A stretch of DNA of 64,000 nucleotides. It comes from Squalus acanthias (taxonomy: Eukaryota). The notes below the pieces were generated by a model. That model saw only the letters and a list, made by a program, of their open reading frames with translations. It was not told where the DNA came from and ran no database searches. The DNA lies in the NCBI GenBank assembly GCA_030390025.1, contig CM059432.1, forward strand, positions 88,290,001 to 88,354,000. Direction: 5' to 3'. Below, piece by piece: positions 1-13,382 of the stretch; the first letter of the stretch is position 1, and the number at the start of each line of letters is the position of its first letter. Position numbers and translations under genes: made by a program.

Positions 1-732
1 TGAAAATTTAGCAGAGCGACGACCCCTGCCGAATGTGCACATGTGTCCGCGCCACCGCAAATTTGTCCAGGCCTTTTATTAGGCAGCCCTGGTGTCCACC
101 TGAAATGACCACAGTATGCATTTCATTATCGAAGTTAGGGTCCAACGCCCATTTTCATGAAATTTGTTCAACCTAGCCGGAGTTTGCGCCTAACCAACAG
201 TTCTTTTTAACTTACCTTAATGTGGAGCCAGGAAGAGCAGAACTGTTTCTCTTGCCTCCACAATAATACTAGGGGCTGCTGCTGTCCACAACTGAGAAAA
301 ATCTGCTCCTGTATTTCAGTCAAATACATCAGATGTTAATTACATATGATGTTTGAGTAAAATGGAATGGTTTGACTCATTGATCTGTATGAAATAATTT
401 GAATGACCTGTTCGACAGGTCCCCATCCAAACAGAATGGCAGCAATCAAACTAGTCAGATGGTGGCATTCCTGAGCGATGCATGTTTCTGCCTTGTCCTG
501 AGGTGTGAAAACTAGCTCAGCTGTTAATTATTTCTGTGCAACTTGCAGAAACCACTAGCAGTGTCTTAACCCTGTACATGCTGTAACCAGCAAGAAAGGC
601 ACCAAGAATTTATGTAACATAGACAAATATGCTACATTTTTGTCACAGTGGAATACACTGCCCAGACTCACACATGAGCCATGGTCATTTAGGTGAGGGG
701 TCAGAGAGCACCCATCAAACTGTATGACTCAT

Positions 733-2060
733 CAGCCTAGATTTCCTCAGTAAAACTGCCCATTTTCGAGCAGTTTAATGGTGGTAAACTAAGAAACATG
801 AGGCGGGGAGGCATTCCGCTGAAACGATCCCCCAAAAACAGCCTGTCAAAATTTTCCACAAGTGAATTCACCAGTCATTGAGGCCACCTGCACTGCATGT
901 CAGGTCAGTGTGATTTACTTGACCCCGTGATTTTCCTTGCTTTCTACCCCTATACTGCCCTCAGGAAATGCCACTACAAAGGTGGCATTGTGAAGCCCAA
1001 CACAGTGTCCCAGAGGCAGGAGAGCAGAGCAGAGGCCATAGCTTCACACCGTACTTTAAACCTGCAGGTTTTTAACAGACTGAGAGACTGTGATTTTTGG
1101 AGCCATTTTACATCTTAGTAATACAGAAGTTTAGAGCGAATGCTAAAAGAAATGAAAACTTTTTAGGGAAATATTGGTTTTCCCTATAGAAACACCCTTG
1201 TACATGTGTTATGAGGAGAAAGATGAGGAGGACATGGAGGTGGACAGGATGTTAACGAGGGGAGTGCGGCATCTTAGAAGGTGTCAACATCTGACCCATT
1301 GATACTCCCTCCACAGGATACACTGACCTCAGAGGTCACACCTTAACTTTTCCCAGCGGCAGTGTGTTGGAAAGCTGTGCTTCCCCCTTGGAGGCTACTG
1401 GGCAGCTATGACAGCTGCCGGCTGCAAACTTGCAGCCCACGTCACCAAGGAGCACAGCCTTGTCAGTGACTGTTAAAGTGACCACAGAGCTGAATGTCAA
1501 TGTCTCTCAGTCCTTCTCGGCAATCTCTGGTGACCTTAGCCAGATCAATCAATCCTCTGTGCAGCGCTGTATTAAGAAGGTCACAGATGTAGGGGTATCA
1601 ATTTATCACCTTCACTATTGATCCTGCCAAGCAAGGAGAGCAAGCCGTCAACTTTAGTAGACTATAAATAATCCTGCAGGTACAGGGTGTTGTTGAGGGT
1701 ACTCATGTAGCATTGAAGACACTGTAAGAGAGCCCTCAGTTTTATCAACAAGCAGGGATTTCATTCTACTAAGCTAGCCTACGATGCCAATCACATGATT
1801 TTGTATGTGAATGTGTGTGACGCAGAAAGCTGCCCTGATTCATTTGTACTTTGGAAATCAACAATACCTGCATTGTTGAGCCATCACACTGTGTGGGGTT
1901 GGTTGATTAAGGATATCTTCTGCAGGCCTGGCTGACGACATTTCTTTGACAGCAGACAATATGCTTCTCACCATCACTAGGAGTCAGCTCCGAGTGCCTG
2001 AAAACAAGGCAAGTAGTGTAATGCAGAAATGAGAGGGGATTGTTGCTATGCAACACTTGA
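733..2060 (+). pseudogene. Highly decayed PIF/Harbinger (HARBI1-type) DDE transposase remnant
   Basis: ORF 1430-1621 LQPTSPRSTALSVTVKVTTELN..SF...GDLSQINQSSVQRCIKKVTD resembles the HTH region of HARBI1-like transposases. Downstream frame-broken motifs QVQGVVEGTHVAL (~1678) and FINKQGFHS (1741) resemble GAIDCTHV and FxNRKGFHS. Element limits are approximate. Confidence 0.8.
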
Positions 2061-2076
2061 AAGCATTGTCATCAGG

Positions 2077-2410
2077 GAATAGAACATAGGAACATGGGAA
2101 CAGCTGTAGTCCATTCAGGCCCTCGAGCCTGTTCTGCCATTCAATTAGATCATGGCTAATCTGTACATCAACTCCATTTACTCACCTTTGTTTCATATCC
2201 CTACATAACCTAACCCCAAAAATTCTATCTTGAAACTTCAATTGACCCAGAATCACAGGCTTTTGGGGAGTGATTCCATATTTCCACTAGCCTTTGTGTG
2301 TAAAGTGCTTCCTCATTTCACACCTGAATGCCCTGGCACTAATTTTAAAATTATGGATTCTTGCCCCAGAGGAAACAGTTTTTTTGAATCTACCCTGTTA
2401 AAAATCCCTT
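2077..2410 (-). mobile_element. CR1 LINE 3' fragment
   Basis: Antisense tail (AGAACATAGGAACAT) and 3' UTR similar to the CR1 end at 23972-24250. Confidence 0.75.
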
Positions 2411-2653
2411 AAATTTGTGCTGCCTGCTCATTATAATGATCGGAGTTTTGAGCTTGAGCACAGAGCTTGGAGACAGAGCTGGGTGAATCGCAATCGGAGT
2501 GGATCGCAAGCTGAGTGGAGGAATTTGGTGATAGTGGGAATTCGGTGGAGAGGAAGAAGGCAATTTCTCATGTCCAACTCAAAAGGAGGAGTGGAGCCAC
2601 AGAACCAGAGGACTCTAAGTTAAACATCTAGATAACTAATATTTAGGTTCTTT

Positions 2654-3900
2654 GGGCTAGAAATTCATCTGTTGAGCGCCACTCCGTAGCGCCATGAAAT
2701 GGCAATAAAATGGTGGCTGCCGCTTTTTCGTCAGCTGGTGGCGGGTCTTGCGGCGGCCGCCATATTCCTCTCCCCCTTTGCGCTACTGGTAACTGGTAAC
2801 GCCCTGAAAGAAGAAATGACGGCGTGATGACGTCAATCGGCGTGCAATGCCAATTTAACGTCACCAATGTGAACTTTGACCCTAGCGGGTCCTAAGCACA
2901 TCAAGTTAACCAGCCATGCAAGCAGGCTGACAGTGGTGATGTCTGCACCTCTTAAAAGGACACACACATCATTCAGGTATGTTTGGATTTAAGGTTTTGG
3001 ACAGGCTTTTTTTGATTTTATTGAAGTGGTGGCTTGCTGCAATAGATGTGAAAAGTTTTTTAAGTGTGTAGGGAGTGCTGCTGGGCGCTTGCAATGGCTC
3101 GGATGGTAAATGAAGGCCTTTGAGAAGACAGAACATGCTGTAAATACTCAGCCAGTCATGCAACATCCGTGGAGAGAAAAACAGAGTTCATGTCTCAGGT
3201 CGAGCTGCTGCCTGACCAGCTGAGTATTTCCAGCATTTTACGCTGGTATTTCACATTTACAGCATCCGCTCGCAGAGGGAAGGGGAAGAAGCAGAAGAGG
3301 AGGAAGCAGATGGAAGGATGCAACCCAGACAGCCCCTTTCTGGCCGGGAGATGGAATCATCCACCTGCGGTCCCAGTGACCACAACCCCAATTCCCCTTT
3401 CAACATTAGTCCCACATCTTACCTTCCCTCTGTTACTAACCATCACAGCGTCCTCTTGACCATGATGCTGAAATAAAAGCCACCACAAAGCAAACTTTCC
3501 AATCCACCTATATATGTCTAGCCATCCAATATGATATCAAGAAATCAACTCCTCACCCTCATGCATTCTCTTAGTGACTGTCTTGTGTGTGCCTTTGCCT
3601 ATCATACTGATGTCACGCAGTGCTACCCCAGTGGCTGCAGCATGGCTGGTGGAAGGCTGCTGACTTTCAGTGAGGACACTATAAATGGCCTTGCTGGTTG
3701 ACCTTGAGGAGCTGGTGGCTGGGACTGTGAAATCAATCTTCTTCTGTTCTTGTTCTTCTTCACCCTCCTCTCCCTCTTCTTGGTCACCCACTGGCTGGGC
3801 AGGCTGCATTTCTTGGGTGTGTGAAATGAAGAAGGCACAAGGGTGGAGTTGTGGTGATGGGAGGGTGGGAAAGCAAGAGGTGCATGCCAGAAGAAGGATA
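2654..3900. mobile_element. Non-autonomous Harbinger derivative, family A, copy 1
   Basis: Starts GGGCTAGAAATT and is colinear with 13779-15200. Keeps an acidic transposase-end remnant, an AATAAA, and the antisense Myb-gene C-terminus QQPSTSHAAATGVAL (compare EQPPSTSAEATGVAL at ~29200). No right end visible. Confidence 0.75.
3129..3266. mobile_element. Penelope-type fold-back (decayed) inside family A copy 1
   Basis: Inverted arms AGAACATGCTGTAAATACTCAGC / GCTGAGTATTTCCAGCATTTT. Same insertion point (after GAGAAGAC) as 14295. Confidence 0.7.
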
Positions 3901-4002
3901 ACATATGAGAATACTAGCATCTTGTATCCTTTCAGCCCTGCCACTGGCCCAGAGCTCAGCCATGCTCCTGCCAAGAATGGCCAGCACCGTCTTCTTCAAG
4001 GG

Positions 4003-4148
4003 AGTAAGGTGAGGCTAGGAATAAGGGAAATAAACTTGCAGGGCTATGGGGATAGAGTGGGGGAATGGGACTGACTGGATTGCTCTACAGAGAGCTGGCA
4101 CGGATTCTATGGGCCGAATGGCCTCCTTATGTGCCGTTATGACTCTAT
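4003..4148 (+). mobile_element. CR1 LINE 3' end fragment
   Basis: Ends ATGGGCCGAATGGCCTCCT...TTATGACTCTAT, the CR1 3' stem-loop and tail also seen at 10060-10113. Confidence 0.75.
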
Positions 4149-4895
4149 GGTCTCGATTTTATCGATCGATGCGGCTTGGGAGCGGGTCAGCTGGTTTCCT
4201 GGTTCCAGCCCCGCCCCCAACTTCATCCGGCCCACGGACGTGATTTTACGTCAATTGGCCTTGTTAAGCCTGCCCTGCGGGCTTGCCGGCCAATTAAGAA
4301 GAAGCCAGTCAGATGACGTCATTTGATGACGCGTCATCTGCTGGTTTTCTTAAAGGGACCACGCACATTTTTCTTTGACAGCTCATTTCTCAGTGTTTGA
4401 CAGCATTGAGGTGCTGCAAACACTAACAATGACTGTTCACAGGTGAGTTCTTGCACCCAGGCTCTCAGTGACTCCCTCCTTAGGCTAGAACAGATGGCAG
4501 CTGCAGGTGAGGTTACAGAAGCGATCTGTTACTGGTGAGAGAGGTTCTCCCAATGAGGTAGGACTAGACAGCCAATTCAAAACTTCTTACCTACAGAAAA
4601 GTCTAAATGCATTAAAAATGAATTTCCCAACATTTACTTACCTCTGAAACTCACCAGCGCATCATTGGATCCTTCACACCACTTCTGCAGCTGTCATCAA
4701 TGCAGAAACATTACAGCAGACTCACAACACGACACACTTACCTGGCGTGGTGTCCGGACGTCGGGAAGCCCGAAGTAGAAGTGTCAAAATTGCAAAAGAG
4801 CCTGTTAACTGCCTGTTAACAACCTTTAACAGGCAGTTAAGTGGCTATAATTCTCTTCCCACCGCTAGGTGTCGAGTCCATGTGCAAATCGAGGT
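4149..4895. mobile_element. Harbinger-type MITE inserted in a CR1 tail
   Basis: Ends GGTCTCGATTT ... AAATCGAGG. The first ~350 bp is the reverse complement of family B right ends (19830-20126, 46520-46834). Confidence 0.65.
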
Positions 4896-6798
4896 GGTCA
4901 CCCCGCAGTGTAAGAGTTTGCAGGCAGAGAGGGAATGGGTGACCACCAGACAGAAAAGGAGGACCAGATAGGTAGTGCCTGGGGGAGGTGGGACCTGTAC
5001 AAGCCGGACAGGTTGCACCTCAACAGGGCCGGGACCAATACCCTCATGGGGAGGTTTGCTAGTGCTGTTGGGAAGGGTTTAAACTAGCTTGGCAGGGGGG
5101 TGGGAACCTGAGCGTAGATTCAGAAGGGAGAGAAGCAAAGCTGGAAATGGACAGCAGTAAATCAGTAAGTGAGTTTGGAAGGCAGAGGAAACAAAGGCTA
5201 CAAAATAGACAACAAAAGGGTTTGGCAGTGCTTAATGGTATATACTTCAATGCAAGGAGTCTGCTAAATAAGGTAGATGAGCTGAGGGCACAGATAGACA
5301 CGTGGAAGTATGATATCATAGCTATTATTGAAACATGGCTGAAAGAAGGGCAGAATGGCAGCTCAACATTCCTGGTTACAGGGTCTTTAGACGTGATAGA
5401 GAGGGCATAAAAAAGGAGGGGGGTCGCAATATTGGTTAAAGAAACAATTACAGCTGTGAGGAGGGATGATATGTTAGAAGGATCATTAAATGAGGCCCTA
5501 AGGGTTGAACTGAAGAACAAAAAAGGTGCAATCACACTGATGGGAGAGTACTATAGACCCCCAAATAGTCAGAGGGAGATAGAAGAGCAAATATGTAGGC
5601 ACATTCCTGAGAAGTGCAAAAACAATAGGGCATGAATAGTAGGGGATTTCAACTACCCTAATATTAACAGGGATAGTGTAAAAGCTTTAGAGGGCGTGGA
5701 ATTCTTAAAATGTATTCAGGAGAACTTTTTTAGCCAGTACGTAGCAAGCTCAACAAGAGAGGGGGCGGTTCTGGACTTAGTTTTAGGGAATGAGGCTGGG
5801 CAGGTGGAGGGGGTATCAGTGGGAGAGCATTTTGGTGGTAGTGATCATGATTCAGTTAGATTTAGCATAGTTATGGAAAAGGACAAAGATAGACCAGGAA
5901 TAAAAGTTCTCAATTGGCGAAAGGCCAATTTTACTAAGCTGAGATGTGATTTAGCAAAAGTGGACTGGAAACAGCTACTTGAAGGTAGATCAGTGTCAGA
6001 GCAGTGGGAGGCATTCAAGAAGGAGACAGTGAGGGTTCAGAGCATGGATGAAATGTATCCCAGGTTGTTAAAAGAAGCAAGGGAGGAAATAGCATAGGTT
6101 CTGACCATTATTTTCCAATCCTCTCTGGCTATAGGTGTGCTGCTGGAGGACTGGAGGACTGCTAACGTTGTACTGTTGTTTAAAAAGGGAGAAAGGGATA
6201 GACCGAGTAATTACAGGCCAGTCAGCCTAACCTCGGTGGTGGGCAAATTATTGGAAAAAATTCTGAAGGACAGTATTAATCGTCATTTAGAAAGGCATGG
6301 ATAATCAAGGACAGTCAGCATGTTAATGGAAGGTCGTGTCTGACTAACTTGATTGAATTTTTTTAGATGTATCAAGGAGGGTTGATGAGGGTAGTGCGTT
6401 TGATGAAGTCTACATGGATTTTAGTAAGGCTTTTGACAAGGTCCCACATGGCAGACTGGTCAGAAAAATAAAAGCCCATGGGATCCAAGGGAAAGTGGCA
6501 AGTTGGATCCAAAATTGGCTCAGTGGCAGGAAACAAAGGGTAATGGTCGACGGGTGTTTTTGTGACTGGAAGTCTGTTTGAGTGGGGTTCCGCAGGGCTC
6601 ATTACTAGGTACCTTGCTTTTTGTGGTATACCTCAATGATTGAGACTTCAATGTAGGGGGAATGATTAAGAAGTTTGCAGATGATACAAAATTGGCTGTG
6701 TGGTTGATAGTGAGGAATAAAGCTGTAGACTGCAGGAAGATATCAATGGATTGGTAAGGTGGGCAGAAAAGTGGCAAATGGAATTCAATCCGGAGAAG

Positions 6799-9311
6799 TT
6801 TTTTTTTATTCGTATATGGGATGTGGGCATCGCTGGCAAGGCCAGCATTTATTGCCCATCCCTAATTGCCCTCGAGAAGGTGGTGGTGAACCGCCTTCTT
6901 GAACCGCTGCAGTCCGTGTGGTGAAGGTGCTCCCACAGTGCTCTTAGCGAGGGAGTTCCAGGATTTTGACCCAGCGATGATGAAGGATCGGCGATATACT
7001 TCTAAGTCAGGATGGTGTGTGACTTGGAGGGGAACTTGGAGGTGGCGGTGTTCCCATGCGCCTGCTGCCCTTGTCCTTCTAGGTGGAAGAGGTCGCGGGT
7101 TTGGGAGGTGCTGTCAAAGAAGCCTTGGCGAGTTGCTGTAGTGCATTTTGTAGATGGTACACACTGCAGCCACGGTACGCCAGTGGTGGAGGGACTGAAT
7201 GTTTAAGGTGGTGGATGGGTTGCCAATCAAGCGGGCTGCTTTGTCCTGGATGGTGTCGAGCTTCTTGAGTGTTGTTGGAGCTGCATTCATCAAGGCAAGT
7301 GGAGATTCATTCCATCACACTCGTTACTTGTGCCTTGTAAATGGTGGAAAGGCTTTGGGGAGTCAGGAGGTGAGACACTCGCCGCAGAATACGTAGGGCT
7401 GGATTTTGATACTGGGGCGGGTTGGGGTCGTGTCACCCACTTTTCGTGTTATCCACCCGACTGCAATTGGATGTGGGAGATTGATGCAATTTTCACCTAA
7501 TTGGGCAATTGAGTTCAGCATGTGGGAACCCATGAACCAATTAGTGTTTTCAGTCTGAAAGTCGCCTCTGATGATGTCATCATTACTGCTGCATTGAAGG
7601 TCTTCAGAGAATGCCTGGCCTTTGCTGTGAGAGGACCTGGATGCAAAATGAGCAGCAGCAGCCTTAAGTCTGCTCCCAGATATTTTTACACCACCACCAC
7701 TCCCAGATATTTCTCCTCCCCATCCATTCATATCTGCATCCATCCACATAGCCATCCATATATGCATTCCAGCCAGCCAGCCAGCCAGCGATAGTCAGCT
7801 ATCCAAATGTGCTCCCGCCAGGTTTCACATTCGTGGTTCAGAACAGGCGTGCTTCACGTAGAAAAAGGGTTAAAATCACAAAAGCCTTTCAAAATGGCAT
7901 TATAGAGGCAATTTAGTACTTGTTAAGGGCCTTAACAGCCTATCCCGCCTCTTAGAGGCGGGACGGAGTCGGGACCAGCAGACACGATTTAATGAAAATT
8001 GCATGGAGGCGGGCTTGTGCCCGCCCACCAATTTTCGCAATTTTAACCCCCCACACGCCTCCAAACCCGCCTCCACGGGTCAATGAAAATTCTGCCCGTA
8101 GCCTCTGACCTGCTCTTGTTGCCACAGTATTTATGTGGCAGGTCCAGTTAAGTTTCTGGTCAATGGCGACCCCCAGGATGTTGATAGTGGGAGATTCGGC
8201 GATGGTAATACCGTTGAATGTCAACGGAGGTGATTGGACTGTCACTTGTTGGAGATAGTCATTGCCTGGCACTTCTGTGGCGCGAATGTTACCTGCCACT
8301 TATCAGCCCAAGCCTGAACGTTGTCCAGGTCTTGTTGCATGCGGGCATGGACTGCTTCATTATCCGAGGAGTTGTGAATGGCGCTGAACACTGTGCAGTC
8401 ATCAGCGAACATCCCCATTTCTGACCTTATGTTGGAGGGAAGGTCATTGATGAAGCAGCTGAAGATGGTTGGGCCAAGGACACTGCCCTGAGGAACTCCT
8501 GCAGCGATGTCCTGGGGCTGTGATGATTGACCTTCAACCACCACAACCATCTTCCTTTGTGCTAGGTATGACTTCAGCCAGTGGAGCGTTTTCCCCCTGA
8601 TTCCCATTGACTTCAGTTTTACTAGGGCTCCTTGATGCCACACTCAGTCAAATGCTGCCTTGATGTCAAGGGCAGTCACTCTTGCCTCACCTCTGGAATT
8701 CAGCTCTTTTGTCCATGTTTGAACCAAGGCTGTAATGAGGTCGGGAGCCGAGTGGTCTTGGCGGAACCCAAACTGGGCATCTGTGAGCAGGTTATTGGTG
8801 AGTAAGTGCCGCTTGATAGCAATGTCGATGACACCTTCCATCACTTTGCTGATGATTGAGAGTAGACTGATGGGGCGGTAATTGGCCGGATTGGATTTGT
8901 CCTGCTTTTTGTGGACAGGACATACCTGGGCAGTTTTCCACATTGTCAGATAGATGCCAGTGTTGTAGCTGTACTGGGACAGCTTGGCTAGGGGCGCGGC
9001 TAGTTCTGGAGCACAAGTCTTCAGCACAATAGCCGGGATGTTGTCGGGGCCCATAGCCTTTGCTGTATCCAGTGCGCTCAGCCGTTTCTTGATATCACGT
9101 GGAGTGAATCGAATTGGCTGAAGACTGGCTTCTGTGATGGTGGGGACCTCAGGAGTAGGCCGATATGAATCATCCACTCGGCACTTCTGGCTGAAGATGG
9201 TTGCAAACGCTTCAGCCTCTTTTTTTGCACTCACGTGCTGGGCTCCACCATCATTGGGGATGGGGATATTCATGGAGCCTTCTCCTCCCATTAGTTGTTT
9301 AATGGTCCACC
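6799..9311 (-). mobile_element. CR1-Zenon-like LINE, 5'-truncated
   Basis: Minus-strand RT ORFs (NYRPISLLS, DIKAAFD, GVPQGSVLGP, MFADD, WADKWQVTFAP) and a poly(T) at 6799. Same family as 53729-56899. The Zenon label is from recollected similarity. Confidence 0.9.
7396..8097. mobile_element. Harbinger-type MITE
   Basis: TIRs GGGCTGGATTTT / AAAATTCTGCCC; 3-bp TSD GTA (7393-7395, 8098-8100); interrupts the Zenon-like LINE. Confidence 0.9.
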
Positions 9312-10113
9312 AGTGTGAAGTAATGCATTTGGGGAGGGCTAACAAGGCAAGGGAATACACAATAAATGGTAGGATACTGAGAAGTGTGGAGGAACAGAAG
9401 AACCTTGGAGAGCATGTCCACAGATCCCTGAATGTAGCAGGACAGGTAGATAAGGAGGTGAAGAAGGCATATGGGATATTTTCCTTTATTAGCCGAGGCA
9501 TAGAATATAAGTGCAGGGAGATTATGCTTGAACTGTATAAAACACTAGTTAGGCCACAGCTGGAGTACTGCATACAGTTCTGGTCACCACATTACAGGAA
9601 AGATGTGATTGCACTAGAGAGGGTACAGAGAAGATTTACGAGGATGTTGCCAGGACTGGAGAATTTTAGCTATGAGGTAAGATTGGATAGGCTGGGGTTG
9701 TTTTCTTTGGAACAGAGGAGGCTGAGGGGAGACTTGATTGAGGTGTATAAAACTATGAGGGGCCTAGATAGAGTGGATAGGAAAGACCTATTTCCCTCAG
9801 CAGAGAGGTCAGTAACTAGGGGGCATAGATTTAAAGTAATTGGTAGAAGGATTAGAGGGGAGTTGAGGAGAACTTTTTTCATCCAGAGGGTGGTGGGGTC
9901 TGGAACTCACTGCTTGAAAGGGTGGTAGAGGCAGAAACCCTCATCGTATTTAAAAAGTACTTGGATATGCATTGAAGTGTTGTAACCTACAAGGTTACAG
10001 ACCAAGAGCTGGAAAGTGGGATTAGGCTGGATAACTCTTTTCTGCCCAGCACGGATACGATGGGCCGAATGGCCTCCTTCAGTGCCCTAAATTTCTATGA
10101 TTCTATGATTCTA

Positions 10114-12502
10114 TGGAGTGCTAATCTCAGCGCTGAATGTGCTGCCGGTTGGCTTAGCTCTCATAAGGGGGACCAATATCGGGTGCAGTCTACTGGCCAA
10201 TAAAATTTGGCCTTGGCTCTCTGCACTACTTAAAGGGGAGGTGCTTTGTTGCAGAAGCTCCTCATTGTCACTCTGAAGCCATGGCCCAACAGGGAAGAGA
10301 GAGGGCAAGGAGGTTGTCTGATGCAGCACTAGTGGCCTTGGTCCTGGGGGTGCACAGAAGACGCCAGGTCTCTACCCACAGGGGGCTAGTAGGCCTTCCA
10401 GGCAGCACGCCAGAAGTCTGTGGGAGGAAATAGCACAAGCCATCAGTGCCACAAGTATTATTCCCAGGACCTGGTTCCAGTGCCACAAGAAGGTTACTGA
10501 CCTCACACGAGTGGTCAAGGTGAGTGAATGCATCTTCAAATGCCATATCCCACCATCTGCACCATAGCCTCAAACACTGCTCAATACACCACACACCATC
10601 ACTCACCTACCAACAAGCTCATACCTCACAATCATAGCTTCACCTCACCCTCACACACTTACCACTGCTGCAAGACTCACACCCACATCTCACACCTTGC
10701 ACACACTGCCAACTATTGAACCATGGCAGGCACATCACCCAAACACATTGCACTAAACTCACTGACACACTTCCCTTTCTCTTGCAGGTAAAGGTGGCTC
10801 ACAATCGCTGTGAGCAGCAGCAGACGGGCGGAGGGGAAACCTGACTTCAGAACCTCACTGAGCTGGAGGACACAGTGCTGGAGATCATTGGAGGGGCCGT
10901 CACTGAGGCCATGGCGAGCAGCGAGGTTAAAAGCAGTGACGATGACGGTACGCTCATACCTAATCCTTCTTCTCACATCCCACCTCCCCCTCATTCCACA
11001 CTCTCTTGTCTCTTACAAGCTGCTGATGGTGTAACCATGCACCTCTTGCTTTCCCCTTCCCTCACCACAACCTGATCCTTGTGCCTTTCTCCTTTCAGAG
11101 ACCCAAGAACTGCCTGTCCCTGACGTTGTAGAGGAGGAGAGTGAAGGAGAGGCACCGTCATTTGATCTGACACTCCCAGGCACCAGCTCAGAAAATGGCA
11201 CTGAGCGGACTTCAGAGGGTAGTATAGAGGCGGGATCTGCACATGGTGAGTCACTGGGCACGAGTGGGCTGCAGCCAGGCCAGGGGGAAAGGTTAGCTCA
11301 GGTGCCAGCTCCAGTTTGCGCATGAGTTCTGCTGCACAGGACTCAGATGATGACTTCAATGGGGCGGCCTTCAGAAGAAGGATGATGATCATGCACACAG
11401 AAATGCTAGGTGCAATGGCAAGCCTGCCAGAGAGCCTATTTTCAGTGTCAAGGAGCATGGAGGAGTTCGGCTCCAACATTGCAAGGGGATTTGCACAGAG
11501 CTTGGAGCCCATGATTTCCAGGATGGAAGTGATGGGCAACTCCACAAGAGACCTTGTGGACCCAGCGATGATGCTGGGTGTGATGAGCGATGTCACGGCT
11601 TCCATTGCAGCACAGGCGAAAGCGACCCAACGTCTAAGTGCTGCAGTGGAGGCTCAGACTACTCTCATGCAGGCTCAGTTTGCTGCCACGGAAGCTCAGA
11701 CTGCTGCCATCATTGCTGAGTTTACAATTGTGGAAAGAGGCTTGCAGGGTCTCACAGCAGTCCAGCAATCTGTCCTCCAACAGATGGCTAGGAATGCTGA
11801 GGTGCCACGCTCGGGGAGTGGCAGTGGCTCCCCGTGGAGCAAGAACCTCTCTCAGGATGACAGCATTCCTACTCCTACTCTGCCAGTGCCCTTGCACTGC
11901 CTGTCATCCAGCCAGCCCAGACTGCTGCTGCCCATGCCGAGGTGGTGCAGTCTACAGCTGGTGATCTTGAGGGCTACTGGGAGAGCCATCGTCGCCCTGC
12001 TCTGAGGCTGCAGGTCTGGTTCCAGGAGGTGGCAGAGTTCTGTGACCATTTCCTTGGTGAAGCGGAGCCTCCGAATACACCTCAGCAACTTTAAATAACT
12101 GTAGAAAGCTCCAAACAGTTGCACAAACTTACACAGAGCCAGTACAAATCCAAAAGCAAGTCAGCTGCAAGTTGTTGCTGATCCCTTTCAATTGCGCTGG
12201 TGGGGGGTCCCTCATGCAGCTGATTGCACATTCAGCTGGTCATGATTTGGAGAGGGCGTTGAATAGAGCAGCGGCGTCCATAATGGCAGGTCGTGCGTCA
12301 AATCGGCGTTGCACACTCATTGAGGTTACAATCTGCCTCATTATCATTTCTCTAGCAAGTGCAGGCAACGGCAACACTGCCAACTTGCGCAAAATGGCAG
12401 CCACTGTGGGATCTGCCAGAGGTGGGTGGAAGCGAGTCGGGCACCATTTTTCCTCCAAAACCAGTCTTACCAGCTGGCGCTAAGGTGGTGAATTTCACAG
12501 CC
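10114..12502. mobile_element. Internally deleted PIF/Harbinger transposon
   Basis: Plus-strand Myb/SANT gene fused at ~11960 to a minus-strand transposase N-terminus (CIRRLRFTKEMVTELCHLLEPDLQPQSRATMALPVALKIT, 11960-12080). Right end AATTTCACAGCC. Left end not visible. Confidence 0.85.
10281..11960 (+). pseudogene. Harbinger Myb/SANT-like (NAIF1/MSANTD-type) DNA-binding protein pseudogene, three exons
   Basis: Exon 1 10281-10519 (MAQQGRERARRLSDAAL...WEEIAQAIS...RTWFQCHKKVTDL, 239 nt so frameshifted) then GTGAGT. Exon 2 10788-10947 (VKVAHNRCEQQQTGGG, in-frame TGA). Exon 3 from 11099 (acidic then predicted coiled-coil ORF 11316-12005). Confidence 0.85.
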
Positions 12503-12610
12503 AAAGTGTAGGTACAGTGGCAAGAAATATTTGCAGTTGTTATTATGTGAAATTATTAGAAGCTTTTGGTGAATTTTATTTTGGAAAGTGAAAATAGTTT
12601 GAACGCATAG

Positions 12611-13382
12611 GGGGAAAAATTCGGTATCGCCCATTTTGGGGCGCTAATATCGGCCGGGCACAAAGTTTAGCGCCTGGCGCTAATTATCGCCTCCGACTGC
12701 AAAATTTGCCTCTATCGCCCCTGGAGGTGATTTGAGCATTAAATCAGGCGCTACACACCTCTCTTAAGGCGCAACCATCAGGGAGCGAGGCGCTACCTCA
12801 GAACACTACCGAAGCTCAGGCGATGCCAATTACCATGGAAGCCAGACAGACTGGCGCCATCCAGTTCTTAAAGTGGAGGGGTCATCTTGCTGGCCAGCCA
12901 CTCCCTGCTCATTGCAGCCTTGAATCTCAGCCTGGAGAGACCTCAAAAGCAATTGTGTTGGAAGCACTAATGGATAGGCCCACGGAAAGAGCTCGGCACT
13001 TAGGAACCTCAAAAGTGGTGCTGAGGGCCAAAACTCCTTAGGACAGTGTTAAAATCAAAAATTTTGCCTACAAGAAAAGGCAGGAAGCGACCCGCCTTTA
13101 AATAGCGTTCCCCCAGCCCCTTCCCGACTTGAAAAGGTTCCCCTCTACCTGTCGTTCCTAGCGGCAGGCGCTAAGGCAGGGGGCGTGACTCAATATTCGG
13201 TCTGGGGCGCTACCGGGGCGTTGCATGCTTGACTGACGTCACGATCTGCGGGCACAGAGATCATGGCGGTAGTGTTTAGCGCCGCCGCAAAATGACTGGT
13301 CAGTTCGCCGCGCTCAGGCACTAAGTTCCTAGCGCCCCCTGGTGGCGCTAATGGGAGGTGCTAAGCAACCGTATTTCTCCCC
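12611..13382. mobile_element. Harbinger-type MITE, family C, copy 1
   Basis: Ends GGGGAAAAATT / TATTTCTCCCC; colinear with 22957-23850; rich in GGCGC/GCGCC subterminal motifs. Confidence 0.85.

Larger units (their letters stand above)
4910..10113 (+). mobile_element. CR1 LINE, long internally deleted copy (ORF1 esterase remnant and ORF2 APE-RT), split by an insertion at 6799-9311
   Basis: ORF1-like WDLYKPDRLHLNRAGTN; APE motifs YFNARSL, IETWL, YYRPP, GDFN, LDLVL, SDH; RT NYRPVSLTS, DFSKAFDKVPH, KFADDTK; C-terminal LYKTLVRPQLEYC; (ATTCTATG)n tail. Multiple stops and frameshifts, internal deletion at ~6043. Sequence reads through FNPEK|CEVMHLG across the insertion. Confidence 0.95.

Noticed and set aside
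10281..12005. Functional NAIF1/MSANTD host gene, including the 229-aa coiled-coil ORF
   Set aside because: Exon 1 is frameshifted, exon 2 has an in-frame stop, and the 3' end is fused to antisense transposase.
2654..12502. One giant composite transposon bounded by similar inverted ends
   Set aside because: Both appear to be transposase-side ends of separate elements, and the flanks (TTT versus AAA) give no TSD.
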